Source of the DNA: an uncultured Chloroflexia bacterium
Lineage (GTDB): Bacteria; Chloroflexota; Limnocylindria; Limnocylindrales; CSP1-4
DNA: 64,000 bases
Assembly: GCA_963752475.1 (NCBI GenBank)
Contig: CAVVYR010000007.1
Coordinates: 32,001 to 96,000, forward strand
Direction of reading: 5' to 3'
A program made the position numbers and the translations under genes. The notes below the pieces were generated by a model, which was not told the origin of the DNA, made no database searches, and was given only the letters and a program-made list of their open reading frames with translations. Every line of letters starts with the position of its first letter. Position 1 is the first letter of the stretch. This document shows, piece by piece, positions 29,129-39,997 of this stretch.

Positions 29129-29359
29129 ATGCGTACGACGGTCAACCTTGACGACGACGTGGCTGCTGGGGTCGAGCGGCTCCGACAGCAGCAAGGCATG
29201 GGTCTCAGCGAGGCGGTGAACCAGCTGGCCCGGGCTGGTATGCGTCAGAAGCCAAGGCGCACGTCATTCCGGCAGCGAACAGCAGACATCGGCCTGACGG
29301 TCGACGTCTCGAACGTCGCGGAGGCGCTCGAGCAACTCGACGGCCCCTCTTCTCGCTGA
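29129..29359 (+). CDS. vapB: VapB antitoxin (ribbon-helix-helix / CopG type)
   Basis: MRTTVNLDDDV...GLSEAVNQLARAG; upstream of a PIN gene. Confidence 0.88.
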   Translation: MRTTVNLDDDVAAGVERLRQQQGMGLSEAVNQLARAGMRQKPRRTSFRQRTADIGLTVDVSNVAEALEQLDGPSSR

Positions 29360-29371
29360 GGCCGGACTGCC

Positions 29372-29804
29372 ATGCTCATCGATGCGAACCTGCTCATCTA
29401 CGCGGTGGACGCCACCGCACCCGAGCATCGCCGGGCCTCCGACTGGCTGACCGACCGACCGACTGAACGGTGATCGACGGGTCGGCCTGCCCTGGGAGTC
29501 GCTGCTGGTCTTCCTTCGCATCACCACGCACCCACGGGCCACGCTCCATCCACTGCAGCCGGCCGATGCCTGGCGCTTCATCAGGGACTGGCTCGCGCTC
29601 GAGGTGGTCTGGGTGCCGGTGGCCACGGAGCGACACGCCGACGTGCTCACCGGCCTGATCGACCGCTATCGGATCGCCGGGAACCTCGTCCCAGACGCCC
29701 ACCTCGCCGCTCTTGCCATCGAGCACGGCCTCGAGATCTGTTCGGCCGATACCGATTTCGCCCGCTTCACCGAGGTGCGCTGGCACAACCCCTTGGCCGG
29801 CTGA
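29372..29804 (+). pseudogene. vapC: VapC PIN toxin interrupted by an extra 4-bp repeat unit
   Basis: MLIDANLLIYA ... GLPWESLL.FLRITTHPR ... GNLVPDAHLAALAIEHG...SAD.DFARF; (GACC)3 at 29449-29460 shifts the frame by +1. Confidence 0.85.
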
Positions 29805-29855
29805 CGGACGGCCAAGCAGCCGAGCGCCCATACAGCGAGCACCTGGTTGCCTGTC

Positions 29856-31766
29856 CTACCACGCCGGTCCTCCGACCGTGACGAGCGCCTCCGCGACCTG
29901 GCCGAACGGACGTCCACCAGCGATCAGCTCGATCGCGATCGGCTGCCGCCGGCACTCTCCCTCGACCGTCAGGCTCAACTCACAGCTCACTTCGGCCCGG
30001 GCTTCGGCCGTGAGGGTCGCGCCACCGCAGGTCCAGCCCGCCGGACCCACGAGACGGACCTGGAGCGTGGTCGCCTCGGGTAGCGGATTGCGCACGGTCG
30101 CCCGCACCGTGGTGGTCTCACCGTCGTGGAGGTGGAGACGATACGGCCAGAGCCATCCGCCCCACGAGTCCACATCGAAGTGGACCTCCGAATCGTCCAG
30201 CGGCATCGCGCGCCGATGCACCCCTTCGTACAGCCGGGCCCGCTCATCGACAAGGTCGAAGAAGCCCTCGTTGGCTCGGAACGGCGCCCAGTGGCCGCTG
30301 AGCACGATGTCCGGGCGTTGCTCCTTCAGCCACGCGGCCGAGTGCGCGAACGAGTCGAGGCGTGCACCGCCGCGGTAGACGTGGTTCTCCTGGTGCGTGA
30401 CCCCCGACCAATCCGAGATCACCTCGCCCTTAGTGGTCGGACCGTGCGATCCCGGAAGTCCGACTCGTCGATGAAGCCGTATTGGTCGCCGCTGTGCGCG
30501 AATCGAAGGCCATCGACCTCGAAGCCGATGAGGCTCTGGAAACGGGTGTGTCCGCTGGCCGCCTCCAGCTCGAACTCGATCCCCTCCCATGTCACCGTCT
30601 CGCCATCGCGCAGCCGCCGGTGGACACGCGTGGGGACCGGGTTATCACAGGGGAACTGGTGTGCCTCGGGTCGCTCCAGCAGGTCGGCGAAGACTTCGTG
30701 TGCCCAGCATTCGGTGCCCTGACTACGCTGGAGGAACGGGATGCCCGCCACGTGGTCATCGTGATAGTGGGACGGGATGACGACATCGATGCGCTCCACC
30801 CCGGCCTGCCCGCGCAGGGCCTCGAGCGTGTGCGCCAGGGCCCGCGACCGATACGTGTCGAAGGGATAGCCCTGCCACCATCGCTGGGCGTGGTAGCCGT
30901 AGTCGAGCGCGAGCGCAGCGCCGGATGCGCCGACCACGAACACGCACGAGCTGGCCGAGTGCTGCGAGAGCCAGACGTGCTCGCTCAGCCGCATGAGTGC
31001 CGGCTGTCCGCCGTCTGCCCGCGCTGCCTCGAGTTCCGCCGACTCCTCGGGTCGCGTGGCGCATAGCGCCTCCATCGTCTGCTGCACTGCCCCCAACGCT
31101 TCCTCGGCAGCGGTCGTGATGGGCGAGCCCAGACTGGGCAGCAGGACGTCGGTCCCTCTGCGGCGCAGGTCGGCGGCAGCATGCCAGACCTCCACCGCGC
31201 CCCAAAGGCCGGCGTAGTCGTATTGCAGCGGTGCCACCCGCGGCACGCGGCCGTGATGAGTGGATGGTCTCGCCCGAGCAAACGGCCCGCAGCGACGTTC
31301 CCGGTACCTCGAATCCCAGGCCGACCTGGTTCATCGTCGCGCCGGACAGGGGGATGACCTCCACGTCCAGGCCAGCGAGCTCGATCCGCTCGTAGTCGCG
31401 GAGGACGCCGGCAACGGGGATCGGCTCGATGGGGGCGAAGTGATCCCAGTAGTTGACATAGACGATGTAGGTCTTGCGGGAGCGGAAGTGCTCGAGCGGA
31501 TCGGCGAAGAGTTCCCGCTCGCGCTCCGGCACCAGGACAGGGATCCCGAGCTCCTCGGCTGCGCGGGCGGCGCCTGCACTGTGATCACGGAAGAAGTGCG
31601 TACAGGCCAAGGCCACGGGTCGGTCGGGGAGCTCGCCAACGTGGTCGATCCAGGCCCCGGTACCGGCGTCGACGACGAGGACGCCCTGCGGTCCTCGGAT
31701 GGCATACACGTTGCAGCTGTCCGGCCACATCCAGACACCCGGAAGGATCGTTCGCCACTCAGACAT
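29856..31766 (-). CDS. Tandem MBL-fold metallo-hydrolase (frameshifts near 31250 and 30430)
   Basis: CTHFFRDHSAG and PSHYHDDHVAG motifs, SGHT, HSGD, LSGH across three consecutive ORFs. Confidence 0.8.
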
Positions 31767-31873
31767 CACAGCTCCCTCGTGCGCGGTCACGCGCCCGGCA
31801 CGCGTCCCGACTCCATCGAGCAACATACACGCTGCTGCGGCGGCACCAACGAGTCTCTGATGCTGGCTTCAGC

Positions 31874-32266
31874 TCAGTCCGCCCGAACCACTTCGACGTC
31901 GTAAGCGTCAAGGGCGTCGTCGACCGTCACGAGGGGCACGCCCTCCAACTGGGCTTGTGCGATGAGGAGCCGATCGAACGGATCGCTGTGATGACGCGGC
32001 AATGTCGCGACCTGCAGGGCGTGGGAGTGCGTCACCGCCAGCGGCTCGACACTCGTGCGCTGCATCCTGGACGGGACATACGTCGCCGGTGGCTCCGGGA
32101 GCGACAGACGGCCGACAGCCCACTTGATGGCGATCTCCCACGACGTCGCCGCGGACAGCAGCAGCGTGGTCCGGTTCGCTGCAAGCTCGGCCAACAGGTC
32201 TGGGCGGATCCGGTCGGGGTCACCCAGCATCCACAGCCAGACACGCGTATCGAGCAGGTACCTCAA
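31874..32266 (-). CDS. vapC: VapC PIN-domain toxin
   Basis: YLLDTRVWLW, SAATSWEIAIK, LPRHHSDPFDRLLIAQA. Confidence 0.93.
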   Translation of the reverse strand: MRYLLDTRVWLWMLGDPDRIRPDLLAELAANRTTLLLSAATSWEIAIKWAVGRLSLPEPPATYVPSRMQRTSVEPLAVTHSHALQVATLPRHHSDPFDRLLIAQAQLEGVPLVTVDDALDAYDVEVVRAD

Positions 32267-32493
32267 CGCTCGAAGTCTTCCATCAGCTCGGAGGGCAACG
32301 GATCGTCGAAGTCCTCCGGGATGGTGAGGAGTCCTGCGTCGAACCCAAGCTCGCGGGACTGGTTCGGTTCGAACGGCACGAGCCGAGCCGTCGGCCGACC
32401 ACCGCTCGTGATGATGATCTGCTCGCCAGCCGCTACGCGACGAAGAAGGCGTGAGAGATGCGTCTTCGCTTCATGTACTCCGACCTCGGCCAT
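32263..32493 (-). CDS. Phd/YefM family antitoxin
   Basis: VGVHEAKTHLSRLL..V.AGE.IIIT..G.P.ARLVP; overlaps the toxin start. Confidence 0.93.
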   Translation of the reverse strand: MAEVGVHEAKTHLSRLLRRVAAGEQIIITSGGRPTARLVPFEPNQSRELGFDAGLLTIPEDFDDPLPSELMEDFER

Positions 32494-32516
32494 GGCGTCA
32501 TCGTCGCACGTCGATC

Positions 32517-32539
32517 TGACTTAGTCAACGACTTAGTCA
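32517..32539. promoter_or_regulatory. Tandem GACTTAGTC palindromes, probable antitoxin operator
   Basis: GACTTAGTC at 32518-32526 and 32530-32538, upstream of the phd start. Confidence 0.7.
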
Positions 32540-32648
32540 TATTGCTAGCCACCCGCGACGCGTTGACGCGGGAGCCTTGTACCATCGCGGTCAGCCACGC
32601 CCCACACTCCAGGCAGTCCCAGCACCCGATCCGAGGGGAGGATCAACC

Positions 32649-35277
32649 GTGCCACGCCGAACCATCGCCGACGCCGCGTTCGAGATCTTGGGCGAGCTTC
32701 GCACAGCGACATCCGCGGAGATGGCCGAGCCGATCGCCGCGGAGGGCCTGACACGGGCCAAGTCACCGACTCGAGCCGTCTCGGCAGCCCTGAACGAGGA
32801 TGCCCGCTTCCTTCGGATCGATGACCAACGCTGGGTCGCGCCGACACAGCTTCTGGCGGACGCTTCGTTCACCCACCGGGCCACGCGCCAGGAGCTGGCC
32901 GGCGACATCCTCGCCCTCGAGCCTGACTTGGCGCCCCTGGAGTCCGTGGGGCTGGCTCGACTCCATACGCCGGACGGGACCGCGCTCATGCCAGTGTGGG
33001 GCGACGACGCGCGCTCGCTGACCGGCACCGACACTGATCTCGCCGTGCAGGGACCACCCGGGTGGCTCTCCGGGATCGACGCAGCCGACGATGAGATGCC
33101 CCTGCTGCATGCTCGCATCGAAGACGATGCACTCTCCGTGGCGCCCGGTCCCGAGCCGGCGACGACCGCACGCATGGGTGGGCGCCGCCTCATCGAGGGA
33201 CTTCGCCGGCAGGTCGACGAGCGATCGCGCGTGACCTTCTTCGACTTGCCACCCTCCGTCGACGCGGGCCGGGCCATCCTGGCGCTCCTCGTCGACGACC
33301 CAGGGCTGCTGCGAGAGCCGCTGGCGCCGCTCTCGAGTCTGCTCGAGGATTCGGGCCTGGAGTCCCACCGGAACTGGATCGGCTACGCGGGCGCCGACTG
33401 GAGCGCGCACGACGAGTACTTCGGTGATGACGACGACTGGATCCTCGAGGAGCCGGATCCCGATCGGGACGGGGACGAGGGCTACGAGCTCGATGAGCGA
33501 GGAGGACCGCGCCATCCTCGAGTCCGACGACGAGGCTGTCCTGACCGAGTACCTCGCGGAACGGTTCGGGCTGTCCGAGGACACTGTCGAGGGGCTCAAA
33601 GCGGTCATGGGCGCATACGAGATGGCGCGTCGGGGCCGAGGCCTCGATGACCCCGAGTCATTGGCCTTTGTCGGCGAGGTCATGTCCGACCCCGGCGTCG
33701 CGCTCCTCCTCGCCGGCACGGCAGCACGAGATGCCGAGTTCGAGCCCTTCGTGTCCGACATCGAGACGCATTCGCGGGGGACGTCGGCTGCCGGCCCTCG
33801 CTTCCTCCTCGCTGTCTGCGCCGAGGCCCGCGACGACCTCCTCGAAGCCGAGCGCCGACTGCGGGCCGCGATCGAGGCCGACCCCGGCTTCGGACCTGCG
33901 GCAGCCGAACTGGCGCGTTTCGAACTCGACCGCGGCCGATACCGCGAGGCCGCCAGGCTGGTGCGCGCAGCCGGTGCTCCTGACGACGACCCCGAGCTCG
34001 TCTGGCTCGAAGGCGTCGTCCAGACTGCACCAGCGAAGGTCGGCCGCAACCAACCCTGCCCCTGTGGCTCCGGACGCAAGTACAAGACCTGCCACCTGGG
34101 CCGCGAAGAGGTCGGAGCGGTCGATGTGGCCGGGGCGCTCCTGCGCAAGATCTGGCGTTGGCTCGACGGCCCCTCGGGCCGGCGCCTGGCCCAGGACCTG
34201 TTCCGCGAAGCCCATCCCGAGCGAGACCCCACCCGTGATGAGGACGACGACGAGCGCCTCCTGCTCGAGGGCCAGTTCATCGATGACGTGCTGCTCTTCG
34301 ACCGGGACCAGCTGGAGCGCTTCATCGACCTGCACGACGGTATCGTCCCGCCGGGCGAGCTCGACCTCGCGAGGAGCTGGGCCGATACGCGCCGCTCTCT
34401 CTACGAGGTGCGCTCGGTGCGACCGGGCCGGGTCCTGGTGCACGACCTCCTGGCCGACGGACCGGACATCGAGCTGGCCGACCGGGCCCTCTCCACGACG
34501 GTCGAGCGGCTCGACGTGCTCTGCCTACGGCTGGTGCCCGATGGAAGCGGCGGGCTGACACCGACGACAGCCATGCACGTTCCCCGACCTCAGCGCGACC
34601 GCGTGGCTGAGGTCCTCGGTTCCGGCGACCCACTGGAACTGTTGCGCTGGATCCTGGAGCCGGTCGTCCTGCCCAAGCTGGTGAACGCCGAGGGCGAGCC
34701 ACTGCAGCTCATCGAGGCCTCGTACCGGCTGCCCGATCCGGCTGCCGCCGAGGAGACACTCGCCGCGGAGCTCGAGCGAGACGGCGAGGGCCGGTTCGTC
34801 GACCTCGTCGAGATCGAGGGCCGGGACGTCATCCGTGGCTTCATCCGCATCGAGGGCGATGAGGCCCATATCGAGACGAACTCAGCCCAGCGGCTGGACC
34901 GCATCGAGCGGCTGCTCGAGGACGCGGCACCCGGCGTCCGCCTCATCCGTCGCACCGAACGTGGCATCGAAGAGGCCATCGCCGGCCTTGAGGATGCTGA
35001 GGATGGGGTGGCATCGTCTGGCTTCGAGCCGGACGTGCCACTGGCCGATCCCGCGGGCGAAGCCGTCCTGGAGCAGTTCATCCGAGATCACGAGCGCAGG
35101 TGGGTGGATGAGTCCATCCCCGCCCTCGATGGCATGACGCCTCGCCAGGCTCGTGACGACGCCGCGATGCGGCCACGACTCGACTCTCTGCTCGATGACA
35201 TGGAGTGGCAATCGCGCCGGTCGCCCGCCGGCACCATGGACGCTGCACGGGTCCGGGCCCTGCTCGGCCTGGACTGA
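32649..35277 (+). CDS. HTH / TPR-like / SEC-C motif protein (probable frameshift near 33490, or two genes)
   Basis: N-terminal TIADAAFEIL...GL.RAKSP...VSA (HARE-HTH-like); KVGRNQPCPCGSGRKYKTCH; C-terminal WVDESIPALDGMTPRQA. Confidence 0.75.
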
Positions 35278-35310
35278 ACCAGTGGCGACGTTTGCGGGAT
35301 ATCGAAGTGC

Positions 35311-35348
35311 GTTACAGCATGTAGAAATCGCGTTCGATATATGAGAAA
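35311..35348. promoter_or_regulatory. Two AT-rich imperfect boxes upstream of iclR, possible autoregulatory operator
   Basis: GTTACAGCATGTAGAAA and GTTCGATATATGAGAAA, 21 bp apart. Confidence 0.4.
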
Positions 35349-35357
35349 CTTTGCACC

Positions 35358-36113
35358 ATGGGGAACAACGACCGTGCTACTGCGCCTGCCGTCGTCCGGG
35401 CCGTCCGGATCCTGGCCTACCTGGCCGAGCATTCGACCGCCCAGCGCCTGACGGCTATCGCCGGCGCCATCGCCATCCCCGTCTCCTCCACCGCGGCCAT
35501 CTGCAACGCCCTCGAGGCCGAGCGCATGATCGTCCGCCGCAACGAGGGCTACGTCCTGGGCCCGCTCAACGTGGAGCTCGCGCAGCGCTTCCTGAGCCAG
35601 CTGCAGCCGCTCAGCGCCTTCGGTGACGTCGTGGCCGACCACACGACCCTGCGCCACGAAACCGTGCAGATGGCGCTCCTCGACGGTTTCGACATGCTGT
35701 ACGTCGCCCGACATGACTCCGACCAACCGTTCCTCATCAGCAGTGCCGTGGGCAAGCGTCTGCCGGTCAACTGCACTGCGGTGGGCAAGGCCAGCCTCGC
35801 GGTCCTCGATCCCGACCAGCGCAAGCTGCCCAAGACGCTGCCAGCGCTGACCGACAAGTCCATCGATGATCCCAAGGCCCTCATGGCCGCCGTCGAGGAA
35901 GCGGCCGAGCGCGGCTATGCCGTCGATGACGAGGAGACCTCGCCGGGCGTGATGTGCTTCGGCGTCGCTCGCAAGACCCCGCGCAACGAGGTCTACGGCA
36001 TCTCCGCCACCTTCCTCAAGTCGCGCGTCACGCCCCAACTGCGAGACGCCATCGTGGCCGACCTGACCTCGACCGCGGATGCCCTCTTCCCGCCCGAGCT
36101 GCGCCCCGCCTGA
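35358..36113 (+). CDS. IclR family transcriptional regulator
   Basis: PAVVRAVRIL HTH, ETVQMALLDG, VGKRLP.NCTAVGKA.LA, RGYAVDDEE. Confidence 0.93.
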   Translation: MGNNDRATAPAVVRAVRILAYLAEHSTAQRLTAIAGAIAIPVSSTAAICNALEAERMIVRRNEGYVLGPLNVELAQRFLSQLQPLSAFGDVVADHTTLRHETVQMALLDGFDMLYVARHDSDQPFLISSAVGKRLPVNCTAVGKASLAVLDPDQRKLPKTLPALTDKSIDDPKALMAAVEEAAERGYAVDDEETSPGVMCFGVARKTPRNEVYGISATFLKSRVTPQLRDAIVADLTSTADALFPPELRPA

Positions 36114-36115
36114 GC

Positions 36116-36533
36116 GTGGTCAAGACCGTCGCCGCCTCTCTGGGCATGGAGCCCGGTTCGCTCGCCACCGACGTGGTCGTGCGACACCATCATTTCGGCG
36201 TCGACGAGGCCCCTCCGCAATACGACAGCCGAGATGACCATCCCGACCCGTACGACTACATCCTTGCTGGCTCTGGCAGCCTGCACAGCGATCTCGATTC
36301 GCCTATCAGCCGAGTCCAAGCGCTATCCGCTCGAACGAGTCGACGTGGAGGTCACGTTCGAACGTTGCCAGCCCGTGGAGCCCGGCGGCCAGCCGGACCG
36401 CATCGTACGAGTGATCACCCTGCATGGCGAACGGCTGACCAAGCTGGAGAGGCTCAAACTCATGCGCGCGGGCAACTGTGCGGGCTACAAGTCCATCACC
36501 ACGGGCATCCCAGTGGAGACCCTGGGCGGCTAG
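36116..36533 (+). CDS. OsmC family protein (frameshift near 36270)
   Basis: VDEAP...D..PDPYDYIL.. then LAACTAISIR...KRYPLERVDVEV ... AGNC in the next frame. Confidence 0.75.
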
Positions 36534-36586
36534 CGACCCAACCAGCCGCCATCAACGGTGATCGATCGAGGCGTCCGCCCGGGCGC

Positions 36587-37180
36587 TCAGACGCCGGAGC
36601 GCACGTCGGCCAGCCGGGCGGCGGTGAACTCGATGTCCTCGAACCGGGCCTCACAGCCGTCGCCGGCCGGGGACTGGGCCAGGAACCCGACCTCTACCGG
36701 ATCCTCGGTCCCAAGGCCGAAGTAACGCACCATCTCCCAGCGCTCGCCGTCCGCCGACCAGTGGAAGGCGAACGCGCGGCCCAGCCGTGAGATCCGCAGC
36801 CACGTAGCGGTGGCATCCACGTACACCGAGTTGCAGTCATCGGACACCCCGCGGGTGACGACCGAGACCACCATCACGCGGCCATCGGGCGCCAGCTCCA
36901 GGCAGAGCTTGGCCCAGGTCGTGTCGTCCGCGTAGACCACCAGCACGGCCGCGTCGAACGTGGCGCGATGGTCGGCGCTGGCCCGGGCTGACAGCATCCA
37001 GTCACCGGATACCGGCATCACCAAGGCCGGCGCGCCGCGGACATCGGCATCACCCCCTGGGTCGATGAACCAGTCCATCCGGGCATCGGCACGCAGGTGC
37101 AGTCGGCCATCCCGGACCTCACGTCCGTCGGCCTCATTGATGGGGCGGAGCGGTGCGGGCAGCGCCGGCATCTCGATCAT
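36587..37180 (-). CDS. DUF1349 (ConA-like) protein
   Basis: DWFIDP, TFDAAVL, WAKLCLE, VSVVTRGVSDDCN, AFHWS.DG..W..VRYF, GFLAQSP.G. Confidence 0.85.
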   Translation of the reverse strand: MIEMPALPAPLRPINEADGREVRDGRLHLRADARMDWFIDPGGDADVRGAPALVMPVSGDWMLSARASADHRATFDAAVLVVYADDTTWAKLCLELAPDGRVMVVSVVTRGVSDDCNSVYVDATATWLRISRLGRAFAFHWSADGERWEMVRYFGLGTEDPVEVGFLAQSPAGDGCEARFEDIEFTAARLADVRSGV

Positions 37181-37185
37181 CGAGC

Positions 37186-37947
37186 TCAGGCCTCGCGGAT
37201 GTGGTTCTCGAGGCGACCGGTGTTGGCGCTCGGGGCGAGGAAATGGTTGTCATGGATGTGTTGCCACTCCGGCAGCAGGCCGGCCTTGCCTTCGGCCGTG
37301 GGCTCGTGGCTATAGCACGAGTTCTCACGGATGACGACCGGCGTGCGTGCGTCGGGGGGACAGCGGAACCCGTGCAGGTGCTTGCGGGGCATCAGGAACT
37401 TGGGGTCACCCGGCCGCAGGCGCTGGTAGGAGGTGAGCTGCTTCCATGCATCCTCACGACCGGCGGCGAAGACGATGTCGTCCGGCACCGGGTCGCCCTT
37501 GGGCATGGGCGTGCGCCCGATGACCTCATCACCGACCACGCCGAGCTCGGGGAAGTCGATGATCTCGGGTGCGTAGAAGAGGTCCATCTCGCCCAGCACG
37601 ACCTCGTAGTACTCGGTCTTGCGCCAGTGGAAGTGGGCACTACAGAACTTGCCCGGATGGACGATCATGATCTTGTCGCAGAGCCCGCCGAACTCGGCCC
37701 ACTGCATTGCGTCGGGCGGGAGGCCGTCGATGGTGGGCTCGTTCATGGACTCGAAGATGGCGAAGAGCTCGTACGGCTCGCCGGACCACAGCCCGTTCTC
37801 GAAGGCCTGGTACTGGTCGTCACCGAGGATGAGCCCGGTGCTGTCGTTGATCATCGAGTCCTGGATGGGATAGCCGCAGGCGATGGCCAGCGAGGCCGCC
37901 TCCCGGATCCAGTCGTCGTACTCGCGTCGTGTGACGTGGTCGCGCAT
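37186..37947 (-). CDS. Cupin-fold protein, D-lyxose/mannose ketol-isomerase-like
   Basis: GGAGGGAG RBS; CDKIMIVHPGKFCSAHFHWRKTE...G and L.PG...P...HGF......IRE.S cupin metal motifs. Confidence 0.7.
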   Translation of the reverse strand: MRDHVTRREYDDWIREAASLAIACGYPIQDSMINDSTGLILGDDQYQAFENGLWSGEPYELFAIFESMNEPTIDGLPPDAMQWAEFGGLCDKIMIVHPGKFCSAHFHWRKTEYYEVVLGEMDLFYAPEIIDFPELGVVGDEVIGRTPMPKGDPVPDDIVFAAGREDAWKQLTSYQRLRPGDPKFLMPRKHLHGFRCPPDARTPVVIRENSCYSHEPTAEGKAGLLPEWQHIHDNHFLAPSANTGRLENHIREA

Positions 37948-37982
37948 GTCGTCTCTCCCTCCTGGCCCCTCGTGGGTGCCGG

Positions 37983-38978
37983 CTATGTCAAGAGGCTGCC
38001 CATGTAGCGGCGGCGCAGCGCGTCGAGACCGAGCGCGATCACGATGATCGAGCCGACGGCCACGTACTGCCAATAAGCCCCCACGTTGTACATGTTCAGC
38101 GCGTTGCTGATGAGCGTGAAGAAGAGTGCCCCGGTGAACGTACCGAGGAGGGTGCCGCTGCCACCGCGGAGGCTGGTACCGCCGACCACGGCGGCCGCGA
38201 TGACGCGGAGCTCGTAGCCCTGGGCCATGATCGCGTTGGCCGACGAGAGATAGCCCGTGAGCACGATGGCGGCGATGCCGATGCAGATCCCGAGCAGTGC
38301 GAACGCGAAGATGCGCACGCGGTCCACCCGCAGGCCGCCGACGTATCCGGCCGTCTCGTTGCTGCCTACCGCGCGGATGTTGCGGCCGTAGGTCGTGCGC
38401 GTCATCACCAGGTGCAGGCCGATGTACGTCAGCACCATGAGGATGAACGGGATAGGCAGCTCCAGGATGTCGCCGGTGCCCAGTTGGCGGAAGGTCTTGT
38501 CGCTGACGCCGACGACCTGGCCGCTCGTGATGATGAAGGCGACGGCCAGGTAGATGTTCATCATGCCCAGCGTCGCGATGAAGGCGGGGATCTTGAGCTT
38601 GGTCACGACGATGCCGTTGACCACGCCGAGCAGGCCCCCGAGTGCGAGCGAGACCATGATGGCGCCCACCAGGCCCACGTCGGGCAGCAGGAGTGCGATG
38701 ACCACGCCGCAAAGCCCCAGCATGCCCGCCACCGACAGGTCGAAGGCGCCGTTGATGATGACGATGGTCATGCCCGCCGCGCCGATGCCGATGAACGAGG
38801 CCTGCAGCAGCACCGAGAGAATGTTGTTGACCGAGCGGGCGTTCTCGTTGGTGGCGAAGATGACGACGACCGCCACGAGCAGCAGGTACTGGATGGTGTA
38901 GCGCGCGAGGCTGCGCTTGAACCAGGCCACCGCGGGGGTGCCGGTCGTGCCGGAGGCGGGAGGGGCAGCCGCGCTCAC
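37983..38978 (-). CDS. Sugar ABC transporter permease (RbsC/BPD_transp_2)
   Basis: GAFDLSV, IPAFIATLG, TTYGR.IRAVG.NE, YELRVIAAAVVGGTSL.GG.G. Confidence 0.93.
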   Translation of the reverse strand: MSAAAPPASGTTGTPAVAWFKRSLARYTIQYLLLVAVVVIFATNENARSVNNILSVLLQASFIGIGAAGMTIVIINGAFDLSVAGMLGLCGVVIALLLPDVGLVGAIMVSLALGGLLGVVNGIVVTKLKIPAFIATLGMMNIYLAVAFIITSGQVVGVSDKTFRQLGTGDILELPIPFILMVLTYIGLHLVMTRTTYGRNIRAVGSNETAGYVGGLRVDRVRIFAFALLGICIGIAAIVLTGYLSSANAIMAQGYELRVIAAAVVGGTSLRGGSGTLLGTFTGALFFTLISNALNMYNVGAYWQYVAVGSIIVIALGLDALRRRYMGSLLT

Positions 38979-39997
38979 AGCCGGCCCTCCGTCACCGCCC
39001 GCTTGATGAGCTGTCTGCGCAACGTGTCCAACGCGAGCGCACCGATCAACAGCAGGCCCAGGGCTAGGTACTGGTAGAACGGCTCAACCTTGAGGATGTT
39101 GAGGGCGCTGTTGATGACGCTGATGAGCACGGCCGCGAGAAGTGTGCCGAACATGTTGGCGTTGCCGCCCATGAGGCTCGTGCCGCCGAGGACGACGATG
39201 GCGATGGCCTGCAGCTCCAGGCCCACGCCGAGGGTGCCGTCGACGATCATCAGCTGCGAGGTCAGCATCACGCCCGAGAGCGCCGCGGTGGCGCCAACGA
39301 TGACGAAGACGAGGACCTTGACGCGGTCGATGTGCAGGCCGGTGGCCTGCGCCGCCTTCTCATTGCCGCCGATGGCGCAGATGTGCTGGCCGAAGGCCGT
39401 GTGGCGCATGACCAACCAGAGGGCGGCGAACAGCCCCAGGGCGATGAGCACCGGGATGGGCACGCCCAGGACCTCGCCTGAGTTGAGCCGGGCGAAGTCG
39501 GGCTGGTCCATGAGCAGGATCGACTGGCCGTCCGTGATGAGCAGGGCCGCACCTCGGAGCACGCTCATGCCACCGAGCGTGGCCACGAAGGCCGGCACGC
39601 CCAGGCGCGTGACGATGAGGCCGTTGGCCAGGCCCACCGCCGCGCCCAGCAGGACGGTGGCACCGATGCTCAACGGGATGCCCACAGTGCCCAGGAGGAT
39701 GGCCACGGTGCACGCGGCCAGCGCCTGCAGCGAGCCGATCGAGAGGTCCAGCGCACCCATGGCCAGGGCCAGGGTCATGCCCAGTGCCGGCACGGCTGCG
39801 ATGGCGGCGGTGACGAGCAGGCTCGAGACGTTGTGCGGGCTGAGGAAAGCGGGTGTGGCCGAGGTGACGAGGGCGACGACCACGACGATCATGATCAGCA
39901 CACCGAGGTTCTCGAAGAGCTCGAAGAACCGCAACGCGCGGTCGATCCCGCGGCTGCCGGCCTCGGCCTTGGCCGCGCCCGAGGTGTCCGCGGTCAT
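38975..39997 (-). CDS. Sugar ABC transporter permease (RbsC/BPD_transp_2)
   Basis: GALDLSIG, VPAFVATLG, AIGGNE.AA, LELQAIAIVVLGGTSL. Confidence 0.93.
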   Translation of the reverse strand: MTADTSGAAKAEAGSRGIDRALRFFELFENLGVLIMIVVVVALVTSATPAFLSPHNVSSLLVTAAIAAVPALGMTLALAMGALDLSIGSLQALAACTVAILLGTVGIPLSIGATVLLGAAVGLANGLIVTRLGVPAFVATLGGMSVLRGAALLITDGQSILLMDQPDFARLNSGEVLGVPIPVLIALGLFAALWLVMRHTAFGQHICAIGGNEKAAQATGLHIDRVKVLVFVIVGATAALSGVMLTSQLMIVDGTLGVGLELQAIAIVVLGGTSLMGGNANMFGTLLAAVLISVINSALNILKVEPFYQYLALGLLLIGALALDTLRRQLIKRAVTEGRL

